Assembly (NCBI GenBank): GCA_039932175.1
Contig: JBDTQM010000002.1
Location: forward strand, 136 to 64,135
Direction of reading: 5' to 3'
Origin: Specibacter sp.
Lineage (GTDB): Bacteria; Actinomycetota; Actinomycetes; Actinomycetales; Micrococcaceae
Length of the DNA: 64,000 nt
Under the pieces are notes generated by a model, which was given only the letters and a program-made list of their open reading frames with translations, did not search any database and had not been told where the DNA came from. A program made the translations under genes and the position numbers. This document shows, piece after piece, positions 48,908 to 59,327 of the stretch (the first letter of the stretch is position 1; every line of letters begins with the position of its first letter).

Positions 48908-48999
48908 ACGCTCTCGCAGCAGTGGTTGCTTTTTCCCGAACGCTCTCGCACTGTACTGCGATAGCGTTCCGATGAAACTGACCATTGCTGCGATAGCGT
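48908..48999. mobile_element. Gene-less 92-bp palindromic copy of the 16571/17836 repeat family (REPIN/MITE-like)
   Basis: Forward units start at 48908 and 48940, inverted units end at 48967 and 48999 (32-bp period); the last unit CCATTGCTGCGATAGCGT is identical to 17819-17836; lies between convergent stops. Confidence 0.7.
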
Positions 49000-49014
49000 T
49001 CGGGTGGCGGTGGA

Positions 49015-50250
49015 CTAGGGTGCGTGCGGCGCGTCCGTGGACCCATGCGGCGCAACCACGACGGCGACCCTGTCCTCGCCGATGCGGGTCAGGATCAGCG
49101 TTGCCTTGTTGGGTCCCTTGCCGGAGCCTGTGAGCAGTTGGCGGCGCAACTCTTCGGGTGTGGTTGAGACGCCGCGCTTCTTGATGTCCAGCACGCCTAT
49201 CCTGTTGGCCTTGACCCAGCTCTTAAGTGCCTTGACGTTGAACGGCTTGACCTCCAGGACCTTGTAGCCGCGGGCGAACGGTGTGTCCACCGGAGTGTCC
49301 GTGCAGATGTACGCGATGTGCTCGTCAACCAGGTGCGCTCCCATGGTGCGGGCCAGGTCAGCCACCAACCCTGCCCGGATCACAGCGCCGTCGGGCTCGT
49401 AGAGGTACCCGGCAATGGGGCCCACCGCAACGTCCTGGGCCCCCGGATCGTAGGCCACGGCGCTGGTGAGCTCATGCATCCCGCGCGCCGCCACCACCAG
49501 GGCTGCGCGGCGGATGCCCGGGCGGGCCAGTGCATTGAAATACAACCCAGCCTCCACCACATCGCCGTTGACGGAAATCCATTGGGCTTCAGCAGTTGCC
49601 GGCACGGCGTCGTGCGGAATGCCGGGGCCCATTTTGACGCCCACCGCCTTGCCGGAATCGGCCAGCTTTTCCACGAAGGAAAGCGGCGGTGAGAAAGCCT
49701 CGGGGTCAAAGAGCCGGGTGGTGCCGGAGGTGTTGGTGGTGCGCCGGGCCGGATCCAGCCATACGCCGTCAATGCCGCTCAGGTCTGTTTCCTCGGCGCG
49801 CCCGCAAATGACCGTCGCGTCGGGGAAGGGCATCAGGTTCACAGTGGTGCAGGCTGCCGTGATTTCATCCATCTCCACGGCCGTGACGGCAATGTCCAAG
49901 CTGGCCATGGCGAGCGAGTCGGCGCCCAAGCCGCAGCCCAGATCGGCCACCCGGGTGATGCCGGCCGCCGTGAACCGCCGCGCATGGAGGGCCGCAATGC
50001 TCAGCCTGGTGGCCTGCTCCAACCCGGCCTGGGTGAACAGCATTTGGTGCGCGAATTCGCCAAACTTTGCCTCGGCCTTGGCCCGAAGCCGGGATTGGGT
50101 GAGGGCGGCTGCCACCAGTTCGGGGGAGTGGCCGGCCTTGCGCAGGGTTTCGTTGAGCTTGAGGGAATCGGATTCCGAATAGGGGCCCAGGGAGGACAGA
50201 AGTTCCCATCCAGCAACGGTGAGAAGGGGGGAAATCGCATCAGTGGACAT
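49015..50250 (-). CDS. Class I SAM-dependent methyltransferase with a THUMP-like C-terminal domain
   Basis: GLEQAT, VADLGCGLGADS, WLDPARR, YLYEPDGAVIRAGLV, LDIKKRG; TACGAT lies 6 nt before ATG 50250. Confidence 0.85.
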   Translation of the reverse strand: MSTDAISPLLTVAGWELLSSLGPYSESDSLKLNETLRKAGHSPELVAAALTQSRLRAKAEAKFGEFAHQMLFTQAGLEQATRLSIAALHARRFTAAGITRVADLGCGLGADSLAMASLDIAVTAVEMDEITAACTTVNLMPFPDATVICGRAEETDLSGIDGVWLDPARRTTNTSGTTRLFDPEAFSPPLSFVEKLADSGKAVGVKMGPGIPHDAVPATAEAQWISVNGDVVEAGLYFNALARPGIRRAALVVAARGMHELTSAVAYDPGAQDVAVGPIAGYLYEPDGAVIRAGLVADLARTMGAHLVDEHIAYICTDTPVDTPFARGYKVLEVKPFNVKALKSWVKANRIGVLDIKKRGVSTTPEELRRQLLTGSGKGPNKATLILTRIGEDRVAVVVAPHGSTDAPHAP

Positions 50251-50355
50251 AGTTAAATCGTAACCGCCAGCCACCGCGTGACGAGCGTCACGGCAAATAG
50301 CGCACTAATAATTTGCGCAATTATTCCGCTGGTAATAGGTTCTTAGGAACGCTTA

Positions 50356-50374
50356 TAAGGATTGCCTAAGCTAA
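50356..50374 (+). promoter_or_regulatory. IdeR/DtxR iron box
   Basis: TAAGGATTGCCTAAGCTAA matches 16 of 19 positions of TWAGGTWAGSCTWACCTWA, just upstream of the siderophore-binding protein. Confidence 0.75.
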
Positions 50375-50392
50375 TCTAACTTCTGGAGAAAA

Positions 50393-51376
50393 TTGATGTT
50401 GAAGAAGCACCTGTTGACCTTCGCTGCCACCGCAGCCGTTCTGGCCCTGACGGCCTGTGGCGCGCCAACGGAGACGGGTTCGGAGGGTGGCAGTACAGCT
50501 GCAGGATCCGTCACTGTTGAAGATAACAACGGTTCGCACACCATCACCACGCCGCTGAAGTCGGTCGTCGCAACTGACAACCGCACCTTTGAGACCCTTG
50601 CCTCGTGGGGTGTGAAGCTCAGCGCAGGCGCCGTGGCCCTCATGCCCTCCACCAGTCCCTACAAGACCGACGCCTCCATCGTTGACTTGGGCACCCATAA
50701 CGAGCCTGACCTCGAAGCCATTGTTGCCGTGGAACCGGACGTCATTGTCAACGGGCAGCGATTCACCCAGTATCAGAAGGACTTCACCAAGCTGGCCCCC
50801 AATGCCACCGTGCTGGCCCTGGACCCGCGCGAAGGCCAGCCATTGGATGCCGAACTGAAGCGCCAGACCACTGTCCTGGGCGAGGTGTTCGGCAAGCAGG
50901 CCGAAGCCAAGAAGCTCAACTCAGACTTTGACGCGGCCATCGCACGGGTCAAGGCGGCGTACAACAAGGACCAGAAGGTCATGGGCCTGATTGCCTCCGG
51001 CGGGAAGATCAACTACGCGGCACCCGTCACCGGCCGCACACTCGGCCCGCTGTTTGACTTCCTGGATTTGACCCCGGCACTTGAGGTGGAGAAGTCCAGC
51101 ACCGACCACAAGGGCGATGACATTTCCGTCGAGGCCATTGCCAAGTCCAACCCCGACTGGATGCTGGTCATGGACCGTGACGCAGCCGTTTCCGCCGACG
51201 ACGCCAGCTACAAGCCAGCCAACGAAGTGCTGGAAAAGTCCGCTGCCTTGAAGAATGTCACGGCGACCAAGTCCGGCAACATCGTGTACATGCCCGCTGA
51301 CACCTACACTAACGAGGGCATTCAGACGTACACCGAGTTCCTCAACAGCTTCGCGGACGCCCTCGAAGGCAAGTAG
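50393..51376 (+). CDS. Siderophore ABC substrate-binding lipoprotein (FatB/CeuA/YclQ-like)
   Basis: Lipobox LTAC; EPDLEAI....PD.I..GQR; ISVEAIAKSNPDWMLVMDRDAAV. Confidence 0.9.
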   Translation: MMLKKHLLTFAATAAVLALTACGAPTETGSEGGSTAAGSVTVEDNNGSHTITTPLKSVVATDNRTFETLASWGVKLSAGAVALMPSTSPYKTDASIVDLGTHNEPDLEAIVAVEPDVIVNGQRFTQYQKDFTKLAPNATVLALDPREGQPLDAELKRQTTVLGEVFGKQAEAKKLNSDFDAAIARVKAAYNKDQKVMGLIASGGKINYAAPVTGRTLGPLFDFLDLTPALEVEKSSTDHKGDDISVEAIAKSNPDWMLVMDRDAAVSADDASYKPANEVLEKSAALKNVTATKSGNIVYMPADTYTNEGIQTYTEFLNSFADALEGK

Positions 51377-51391
51377 AAATTCTGCACTCCA

Positions 51392-51432
51392 CTCAGTGGC
51401 AGGTCTGCCCTCCGGCCGGGCCTGCCACTGAG
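51392..51432 (+). other. 12-bp stem hairpin after the binding-protein gene (mRNA stabiliser or partial terminator)
   Basis: CTCAGTGGCAGG-N17-CCTGCCACTGAG. Confidence 0.5.
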
Positions 51433-51468
51433 CTGCGTCCAGGCACGTTCTGAAAGGACTGCTGCACC

Positions 51469-52443
51469 ATGACCACCACGGCCGTTGCCGCCAAGGGCAA
51501 ACTCTTTGAACCCAGCCTGCTCATAGGCGTCGCCATTGTGGCTGCCTTGCTGGCGATTTCCCTGTTCACGGGCGTCTACGACATCTTTGGCGGCAAGGAC
51601 GGCGGTGAGATGTTTGCGGTCACCCGCATTCCGCGCACCATTGCCCTGGTCCTGGCCGGCGCGGCCATGGCCATGTCCGGGCTGGTCATGCAGCTGCTGA
51701 CGCAGAACCGCTTCGTTGAACCAACCACCACGGGCACCACCGAGTGGGCGGGGCTGGGCCTGCTGGCCGTCATGATCATCAACCCCGGCGCCAGCACCCT
51801 GGTGAAGATGTCCGGAGCCGTCATCGCCGCCTTCATCGGCACCATGATCTTCTTTTTCTTCCTGCGCCGGGTATCCCTGAAGGCATCACTGACGGTGCCG
51901 ATTGTGGGCATCATGCTTGGCGCCGTGGTGGGCGCCATCTCCACGTTCATTGCGCTGCAAACCAACATGCTGCAAAGCCTGGGCATCTGGTTCGCTGGCA
52001 GCTTCACTTCGGTTCTCCGCGGCCAGTACGAGGTCCTGTGGATCGTGGCGTTTGTTGGCCTCGCCGTGTTCTTTGTTGCCGACAGGTTCACAGTGGCCGG
52101 CCTGGGCGAGGAAGTCGCCACCAACGTGGGGCTGAACTACAACCAGGTCATGCTGCTGGGGACGGGGCTCATCGCCATCGCCACAGGCGTTGTCACAGTG
52201 GTTGTGGGCAACCTGCCCTTTCTGGGGTTGATCGTGCCGAACATTGTCTCCATGTTCCGCGGCGATGACCTGCGGGGCAATCTGCCGTGGGTGTGCCTGC
52301 TGGGCGTCGCCATCGTGACCGTCTGCGACCTGGTGGGGCGCACCATCATCATGCCCTTCGAGGTTCCCGTCTCGCTGATCCTTGGCGTTGTTGGCGCCGT
52401 GGTCTTCATTGCCATCCTGCTGAAGCAGCGCCGGCATGGCTGA
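51469..52443 (+). CDS. Iron-siderophore ABC permease (FecCD family)
   Basis: RIPRTIALVLAGAAMAMSG..MQ.LTQNRFVEP; AGLGEEVATNVGLNY; PFLGLIVPN. Confidence 0.92.
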   Translation: MTTTAVAAKGKLFEPSLLIGVAIVAALLAISLFTGVYDIFGGKDGGEMFAVTRIPRTIALVLAGAAMAMSGLVMQLLTQNRFVEPTTTGTTEWAGLGLLAVMIINPGASTLVKMSGAVIAAFIGTMIFFFFLRRVSLKASLTVPIVGIMLGAVVGAISTFIALQTNMLQSLGIWFAGSFTSVLRGQYEVLWIVAFVGLAVFFVADRFTVAGLGEEVATNVGLNYNQVMLLGTGLIAIATGVVTVVVGNLPFLGLIVPNIVSMFRGDDLRGNLPWVCLLGVAIVTVCDLVGRTIIMPFEVPVSLILGVVGAVVFIAILLKQRRHG

Positions 52444-53494
52444 GCAAACTACTTTCCCGCGCACCTCCCCACCTGCCGGCAAACACCACCCGGGCCGGCA
52501 ATCCGGCCCGCTGCCCACCGCCGGTGTCAGCAAGCGCTACTGGATAGTGCTGGGCATCCTGATAGTTCTGGCCGCCGGCTTTGGCTTCGGCCTGCTCGCC
52601 TGGGACAACCCCATGCCCGTGGGCACGGCGGGCTTCTGGCGGATCGCCGAACTTCGGGCCACCAGCATCGTGGTGATGGCGGTCGTGGCCATTTGCCAGG
52701 CCATGGCCACAGTCAGCTTCCAGACGGCCACCAACAACCGCATCATCACGCCGTCGATCATGGGGTTTGAATCCTTGTTCGTCGCCGTGCAAACGGGCGC
52801 CATGTTCTTCTTCGGGGCGGCCGGCGTGGTGATGATGGCTGGCGTCCCGCAGTTCATTGTGCAGATTGTCATCATGGTGGGGCTGTCCATGGCGCTGTAC
52901 GGCTGGCTGCTTTCCGGCAAGTACGGCAACCTCCAGGTCATGCTGCTGGTGGGCATCATCATTGGCGGCGGGCTGGGATCGATCTCGGTCTTCATGCAGC
53001 GTTTGCTGAGCCCCAGTGACTTTGACATCCTGGCCGCCCGGCTCTTTGGGTCCGTGTCCAACGCCGATGCCAGTTATTTGCCCATCGCCATCCCGCTGTG
53101 CCTGGGTGCCGGCATTTTGCTCCTGCTCAACGCCAAACGGCTCAACGTCATCGCCCTGGGCAGCGACACCACCACCAGCCTTGGGCTGAACCACCGCTTT
53201 GAAGTCATGCGGGTCCTGTTTCTTGTCTCGATTCTCATGGCCACGTCGACGGCGCTCGTGGGGCCCATGACGTTCCTGGGCTTCCTGGTGGCCACCTTGG
53301 CCTACCAGCTGGCCGACACCTACGACCACAAATACGTTTTCCCCGTTGCCGTGCTGGTTGGCTTTGTTGTGCTCTCGGGCGCGTACTTCGTCATGAAAAA
53401 CGTGTTCTACGCCCAGGGCGTGGTTTCCATCATCATCGAGGCCGTGGGCGGAACGGTGTTCTTGTTCTTCATTCTCCGAAAGGGACGCCTGTGA
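52436..53494 (+). CDS. Iron-siderophore ABC permease (second subunit)
   Basis: FQTATNNRIITPSIMGF; LNVIALG....SLGLN; ALVGPMTFLG. Confidence 0.92.
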   Translation: MAEQTTFPRTSPPAGKHHPGRQSGPLPTAGVSKRYWIVLGILIVLAAGFGFGLLAWDNPMPVGTAGFWRIAELRATSIVVMAVVAICQAMATVSFQTATNNRIITPSIMGFESLFVAVQTGAMFFFGAAGVVMMAGVPQFIVQIVIMVGLSMALYGWLLSGKYGNLQVMLLVGIIIGGGLGSISVFMQRLLSPSDFDILAARLFGSVSNADASYLPIAIPLCLGAGILLLLNAKRLNVIALGSDTTTSLGLNHRFEVMRVLFLVSILMATSTALVGPMTFLGFLVATLAYQLADTYDHKYVFPVAVLVGFVVLSGAYFVMKNVFYAQGVVSIIIEAVGGTVFLFFILRKGRL

Positions 53495-54246
53495 TCACGC
53501 TGACCGAGGTTTCAAAAAGCTACAGCAGCGAGGTTGCCATTGGTCCGGTGACCCTGGCGATTCCCTCCGGTGGCGTCACCGCCCTGGTTGGGCCCAACGG
53601 TGCCGGTAAATCCACCCTGTTGACCATGATCGGGCGCCTGCTGGGGCTCGACGCCGGCGTCATCGAGATCGCCGGGTACGACGTTGCCAGCACCGCATCG
53701 AAGGATTTGGCCAAGATCGTGGCCATCCTGCGGCAGGAAAACCACTTTGTGGCGCGGCTGACAGTGCGCCAGCTGGTGGGCTTTGGCCGTTTCCCGCACT
53801 CCAGGGGCCGCCTGAGCAAGGTGGACGAGGAAGTCATCAGCCGCTCCATCGACTTCCTCAACCTCAACGAGCTGGAAAACCGCTACCTGGACCAGCTCTC
53901 CGGCGGCCAGCGCCAGCGCGCCTACGTGGCCATGGTGTTGGCCCAGGAAACCGACTACGTCCTGCTGGATGAACCGTTGAACAACCTGGACATGAAACAT
54001 TCGGCGCAGATGATGCAGCTGTTGCACAGGGCGGCCCATGAACTGGGCCGCACCATTGTCATAGTGCTCCATGACATTAACTTTGCCGGACACTATGCGG
54101 ACCACATCTGCGCCGTGAAGGATGGCAAGGTCATCGAGTTCGGCGCGCCTGCGGAGATTATGACCAACGAGGTGCTCACCCGCGTCTTTGATACTCCGGT
54201 GCAGGTCATTGACGGCCCGCGCGGACCCCTGGCGGTTTACTACTAA
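53491..54246 (+). CDS. Iron-siderophore ABC ATPase
   Basis: GPNGAGKST, LSGGQRQR, LLDEPLNNLD, VLHDINFA. Confidence 0.94.
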   Translation: MITLTEVSKSYSSEVAIGPVTLAIPSGGVTALVGPNGAGKSTLLTMIGRLLGLDAGVIEIAGYDVASTASKDLAKIVAILRQENHFVARLTVRQLVGFGRFPHSRGRLSKVDEEVISRSIDFLNLNELENRYLDQLSGGQRQRAYVAMVLAQETDYVLLDEPLNNLDMKHSAQMMQLLHRAAHELGRTIVIVLHDINFAGHYADHICAVKDGKVIEFGAPAEIMTNEVLTRVFDTPVQVIDGPRGPLAVYY

Positions 54247-54264
54247 CACCCCGTTGGTGCTTGA

Positions 54265-55077
54265 CTAGGTGTCCTTGCGGATCCACCGAAACGTCAGCTT
54301 GCACAGGATGAGCCCCACAACGAGCCACACGCCCATGACCAGGGCAACCAGCGCCAGATTCCAGGCCCCGCCGGGTTCGGCAGATTCAAAATCCGCCGGC
54401 AGAAACACGGCACGCATGCCCTGTGCCATCCATTTCAACGGAAAGATGCTGGCAATGTTTTGCAGCCAGCCGGGCAGCTGGGTAAAGCTCAGGTACACGC
54501 CCGAGATGAACTGCAGCAGCAGGACGATCGGGATCACCACGGCAGTGGCACTCTTGCCGGTCCGCGGCAGGGCTGACAGGGCAATGCCCAAAACACAGCT
54601 GGTCATGACGCCAAGAAGGAACACCCAGGCAAAGGTCAGCCATTTGGACGCGTCAGTTGGCAGCTCAACGTTGAAGGCGAAGCGGGCCACCAACAGCAGC
54701 AGGATCACCTGCATCACGGAGCTGAGCAGCACCATGCCGATCTTGCCCATGAAGTAGGAAAAAACGGGCAGGGGAGTGCCGCCCAGCCGCTTGAGCGTGC
54801 CGTCGCCCTTCTCTCCGGCAATGTCCACACCCAGGTTCTGCACACCGCTGAGCAGCATGCCCGCAGCCACCATGCCCGGCAGGTAGTACGCGGCAAAGGA
54901 GATGCCGCCGCTGCCGTCCGGGGCTGCCCCGAGATTGCCGCTGGTGCTGAAGGCCACGGCAAAGATCGACAGCATCACGATGGGGAACAAGAATGTGAAG
55001 AACACCGAGTCGCCCTGGCGGAAATACAGTCTCAGTTCGTAGCCGATGCGGGAGGTGCCCAAGGCAAAAGTTTTCAT
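54265..55077 (-). CDS. ABC-2 type exporter permease
   Basis: FFTFLFP, YYLPGMVA, EKGDGTLKRLGGTP, FPLKW; six TM segments. Confidence 0.88.
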   Translation of the reverse strand: MKTFALGTSRIGYELRLYFRQGDSVFFTFLFPIVMLSIFAVAFSTSGNLGAAPDGSGGISFAAYYLPGMVAAGMLLSGVQNLGVDIAGEKGDGTLKRLGGTPLPVFSYFMGKIGMVLLSSVMQVILLLLVARFAFNVELPTDASKWLTFAWVFLLGVMTSCVLGIALSALPRTGKSATAVVIPIVLLLQFISGVYLSFTQLPGWLQNIASIFPLKWMAQGMRAVFLPADFESAEPGGAWNLALVALVMGVWLVVGLILCKLTFRWIRKDT

Positions 55078-55080
55078 GGC

Positions 55081-55947
55081 TTACTCCCCGTCCGCAGCGA
55101 CATGGTTGCCCACCAGCTCCAAATAAATGTCTTCCAGGCTGGGCCGGGTGATCTCCAGCCCGTCGACTTCCCCGCCAACCTCCGCGAACAGCCGTGCGGC
55201 CAGCGCCGTGGGCTGAAGGGTGCGCTCGGTGCGCACGACGCCGTCCTGCCGCCACCGCACAAGCGGCACCCTGGCGCTTTCCCCGCCCAGGGCGTCGATG
55301 GTGCCGATGTCCACGAGTTTTCCGCCGACAATGACTCCGGCCCGTTCCGCCAAGGTGGCCGCCTCATCCAGATAGTGGGTGGTCAGCAAGATGGTGGTGC
55401 CCTCCGTCTTCAACTGGTTGATCAACTCCCAAAACTGGCGCCGCGCCTCCGGATCGAAACCCGTGGTGGGTTCGTCCAGGAACAACAACCGGGGCCTGCC
55501 AATGATGCCCAAGGCCACGTCCACCCGGCGTCGTTGGCCGCCTGAGAGCTTGCTGATGCGCGTCGTTGCCTTCGCATCCAAGCCAACGGCAGTGATCACA
55601 TCCGCGACGCTGCGCGGGTTGGGGTAGTAGTTGGCGAAATGGGTCAGCTGTTCCAAAACCGTCACATTACCGCTCTCCCCGGAGGACTGGAGGACGATTC
55701 CCAGCTGTGCCTTCCAGTCGAAGCCGCCCTTTTGTGGATCGGTGTCCAGGACGCTGACTTCCCCGCCGCTCCTGTCCCGGTAGCCCTCGAGGATTTCGAT
55801 GGTGGTGCTTTTCCCGGCACCGTTGGGGCCCAGCAGGGCAAACGTTTCACCTTCATGGATGTCAAAACTGATGCCGTCCACAGCATGGGTGCCGCCGTAG
55901 GACTTGCGCAGGTCCCGCACGTGCACCAAAGCAGTTGAACTCGTCAT
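55081..55947 (-). CDS. ABC exporter ATPase
   Basis: GPNGAGKST, LSGGQRRR, LFLDEPTTGFD, TTHYLDEA; ATG 55947. Confidence 0.92.
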   Translation of the reverse strand: MTSSTALVHVRDLRKSYGGTHAVDGISFDIHEGETFALLGPNGAGKSTTIEILEGYRDRSGGEVSVLDTDPQKGGFDWKAQLGIVLQSSGESGNVTVLEQLTHFANYYPNPRSVADVITAVGLDAKATTRISKLSGGQRRRVDVALGIIGRPRLLFLDEPTTGFDPEARRQFWELINQLKTEGTTILLTTHYLDEAATLAERAGVIVGGKLVDIGTIDALGGESARVPLVRWRQDGVVRTERTLQPTALAARLFAEVGGEVDGLEITRPSLEDIYLELVGNHVAADGE

Positions 55948-56004
55948 GGGTTCATCGTTGCACCATTGAAGCTTCGCCAACACCCCCGCCCAGAGGGGGA
56001 AGTT

Positions 56005-56778
56005 ATGCTGGCGGACATGTTGCACCAATTCTCCGGACGCCCGCGGGGGCGCAGGTTGGCGGCCGCGGCCCTGGCCGGGACACTTGTCCTGGCCGGCTGT
56101 GATGCCCCCGATGCGCCCGTCCCGGCACCGCCCGCAACTGCCGCTTCGGCCAGCCCGGCCCCACTGACACCGCAGGAGCAAGCAACCGTGAACACGCAAC
56201 TTATCAAGGCCGCCGTGAGCAACGACGCCAAGGCCGTGACCCGCCTGCTGGCTGACGGCGCCGCGCTCGAGTTCAAGGGACCTGAAGGGCGCACGCCCCT
56301 TGTGGCGGCCACCAAGGCCGGTGCTGCGGCGGCTGCAAAAACACTGATGGAGGCGGGCGCCAACGTCAACGCCCAGGACGACGTGCAGGATTCAGCATTC
56401 CTTTATGCGGGTGCCGAGGGACTCGATGAGATTCTCACACTGACGCTTGCCCACGGAGCCGACATCAAAAGCACCAACCGCTATGGCGGCACAGCCCTGA
56501 TCCCGGCCTGCGAACATGCTCACGTCAGCACGGTCAAGATCCTGCTGGCCGCAGGGGTGCCCGTGGATCACGTCAACAACCTCGGCTGGACCGGTCTGTT
56601 GGAGGCGGTGATCCTGGGGACAGGCGGGGAAGCCCACCAGGAAGTGGTCCGTCTGCTGATCGAGGCGGGTGCGGAGGTGAATCTGGCCGACACCAACGGT
56701 GTCACAGCGCTGGCCCACGCCAGGTCAGCGGGGCAGGGCGCCGTCGCGCAGCTGCTGGTCGCCGCCGGAGCACGCTAA
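56005..56778 (+). CDS. Ankyrin-repeat lipoprotein
   Basis: Lipobox LVLAGC; Pro/Ala linker; ankyrin-like repeats GRTPLVAA, SAFLYAG, GGTALIPA, GWTGLLEA, GVTALAHA. Confidence 0.85.
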   Translation: MLADMLHQFSGRPRGRRLAAAALAGTLVLAGCDAPDAPVPAPPATAASASPAPLTPQEQATVNTQLIKAAVSNDAKAVTRLLADGAALEFKGPEGRTPLVAATKAGAAAAAKTLMEAGANVNAQDDVQDSAFLYAGAEGLDEILTLTLAHGADIKSTNRYGGTALIPACEHAHVSTVKILLAAGVPVDHVNNLGWTGLLEAVILGTGGEAHQEVVRLLIEAGAEVNLADTNGVTALAHARSAGQGAVAQLLVAAGAR

Positions 56779-56790
56779 TCCCTGCGCCCT

Positions 56791-56828
56791 CCCACCGCTC
56801 CCCAACCTCGCGCCTCGGCCGTGGCCCC
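56791..56828 (-). repeat. REP-like element (same family as 34281-34320)
   Basis: Reverse complement reads GGGGCCACGGCCGAGGCGCGAGGTTGGGGAGCGGTGGG. Confidence 0.7.
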
Positions 56829-56959
56829 CACTACTCCCCGTTCGCGAGGCAAGGGCGGTGAGGACTGGGAAGGCGGGGTGGGAACGCCCACTTGGGCGGC
56901 GCCCAAGGTGCGCCGTGAGCGAAACCAGGCCCGCCGGCGTCGTACTTTTGAGTCGAAAG

Positions 56960-56986
56960 CTGGCACTCGCCTTGACCGAGTGCTAA
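56960..56986 (+). promoter_or_regulatory. CIRCE element 1 (HrcA operator) overlapping the -35 box
   Basis: CTGGCACTC-N9-GAGTGCTAA; TTGACC at 56972 and TAGAGT at 56996. Confidence 0.9.
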
Positions 56987-57006
56987 TCAATTCCATAGAG
57001 TCAGAG

Positions 57007-57033
57007 TTAGCACTCTCACCCCGAGGGTGCTAA
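57007..57033 (+). promoter_or_regulatory. CIRCE element 2
   Basis: TTAGCACTC-N9-GGGTGCTAA. Confidence 0.9.
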
Positions 57034-57155
57034 CTTGCTTATCTTTTTGGCCATGGGGGCACCGCCGGCACCGCGACGACGGTTGGGGCTCTGTAAAACA
57101 TGGCGGGGAAGACTGCCAGCCATCCAAAGAATTTACGTGTGAAGGAGAGGTCCGA

Positions 57156-57452
57156 GTGTCGGTCTCTATTAAGCCTCTTGAGGATCGTATTGTTGTTCGC
57201 CAGCTCGAAGCAGAGCTGACCACCGCTTCCGGTCTGGTAATCCCGGACACTGCCAAGGAAAAGCCCCAGGAGGGCGTAGTTGTGGCAGTTGGACCCGGCC
57301 GCGTTGATGACAACGGCAACCGTGTCCCGATCGATGTTGCCGTTGGCGACGTCGTCATCTACTCCAAGTACGGTGGAACCGAAGTGAAGACCGGTGGCGA
57401 AGAGCTCCTGGTTCTCTCGGCCCGCGACGTACTGGCCATCGTCGTTAAGTAA
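57156..57452 (+). CDS. groES: Co-chaperonin GroES
   Basis: [10 protein letters not shown]...[25 protein letters not shown]...[10 protein letters not shown]. Confidence 0.98.
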   Translation: MSVSIKPLEDRIVVRQLEAELTTASGLVIPDTAKEKPQEGVVVAVGPGRVDDNGNRVPIDVAVGDVVIYSKYGGTEVKTGGEELLVLSARDVLAIVVK

Positions 57453-57469
57453 CGACTTTCGTCACCTAA

Positions 57470-59176
<1,707 letters not shown>

Positions 59177-59257
59177 CGGCCACGCTTCTCCCACCGTGCG
59201 GCCGCTGGCGCGTCTGTACGGTGGGGCCCTCGGAATTATGGGCCCAGCCACTTTGGG

Positions 59258-59323
59258 AAATGCCGCCGTTCGCGCATTTTGCCACCGATATACCGGTGGC
59301 ATTTTGCAAAAACGGCGGCATTT
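59258..59323. repeat. Nested palindrome between convergent groEL and DUF389 genes
   Basis: Outer arms AAATGCCGCCGTT / AACGGCGGCATTT; inner arms TGCCACCG / CGGTGGCA. Confidence 0.65.
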
Positions 59324-59327
59324 TTGC

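Noticed and set aside
50307-50325. AT-rich near-palindrome AATAATTTGCGCAATTATT as a separate operator
   Set aside because: No cognate regulator is evident, and it may just be promoter AT-richness; only the IdeR box is supported.
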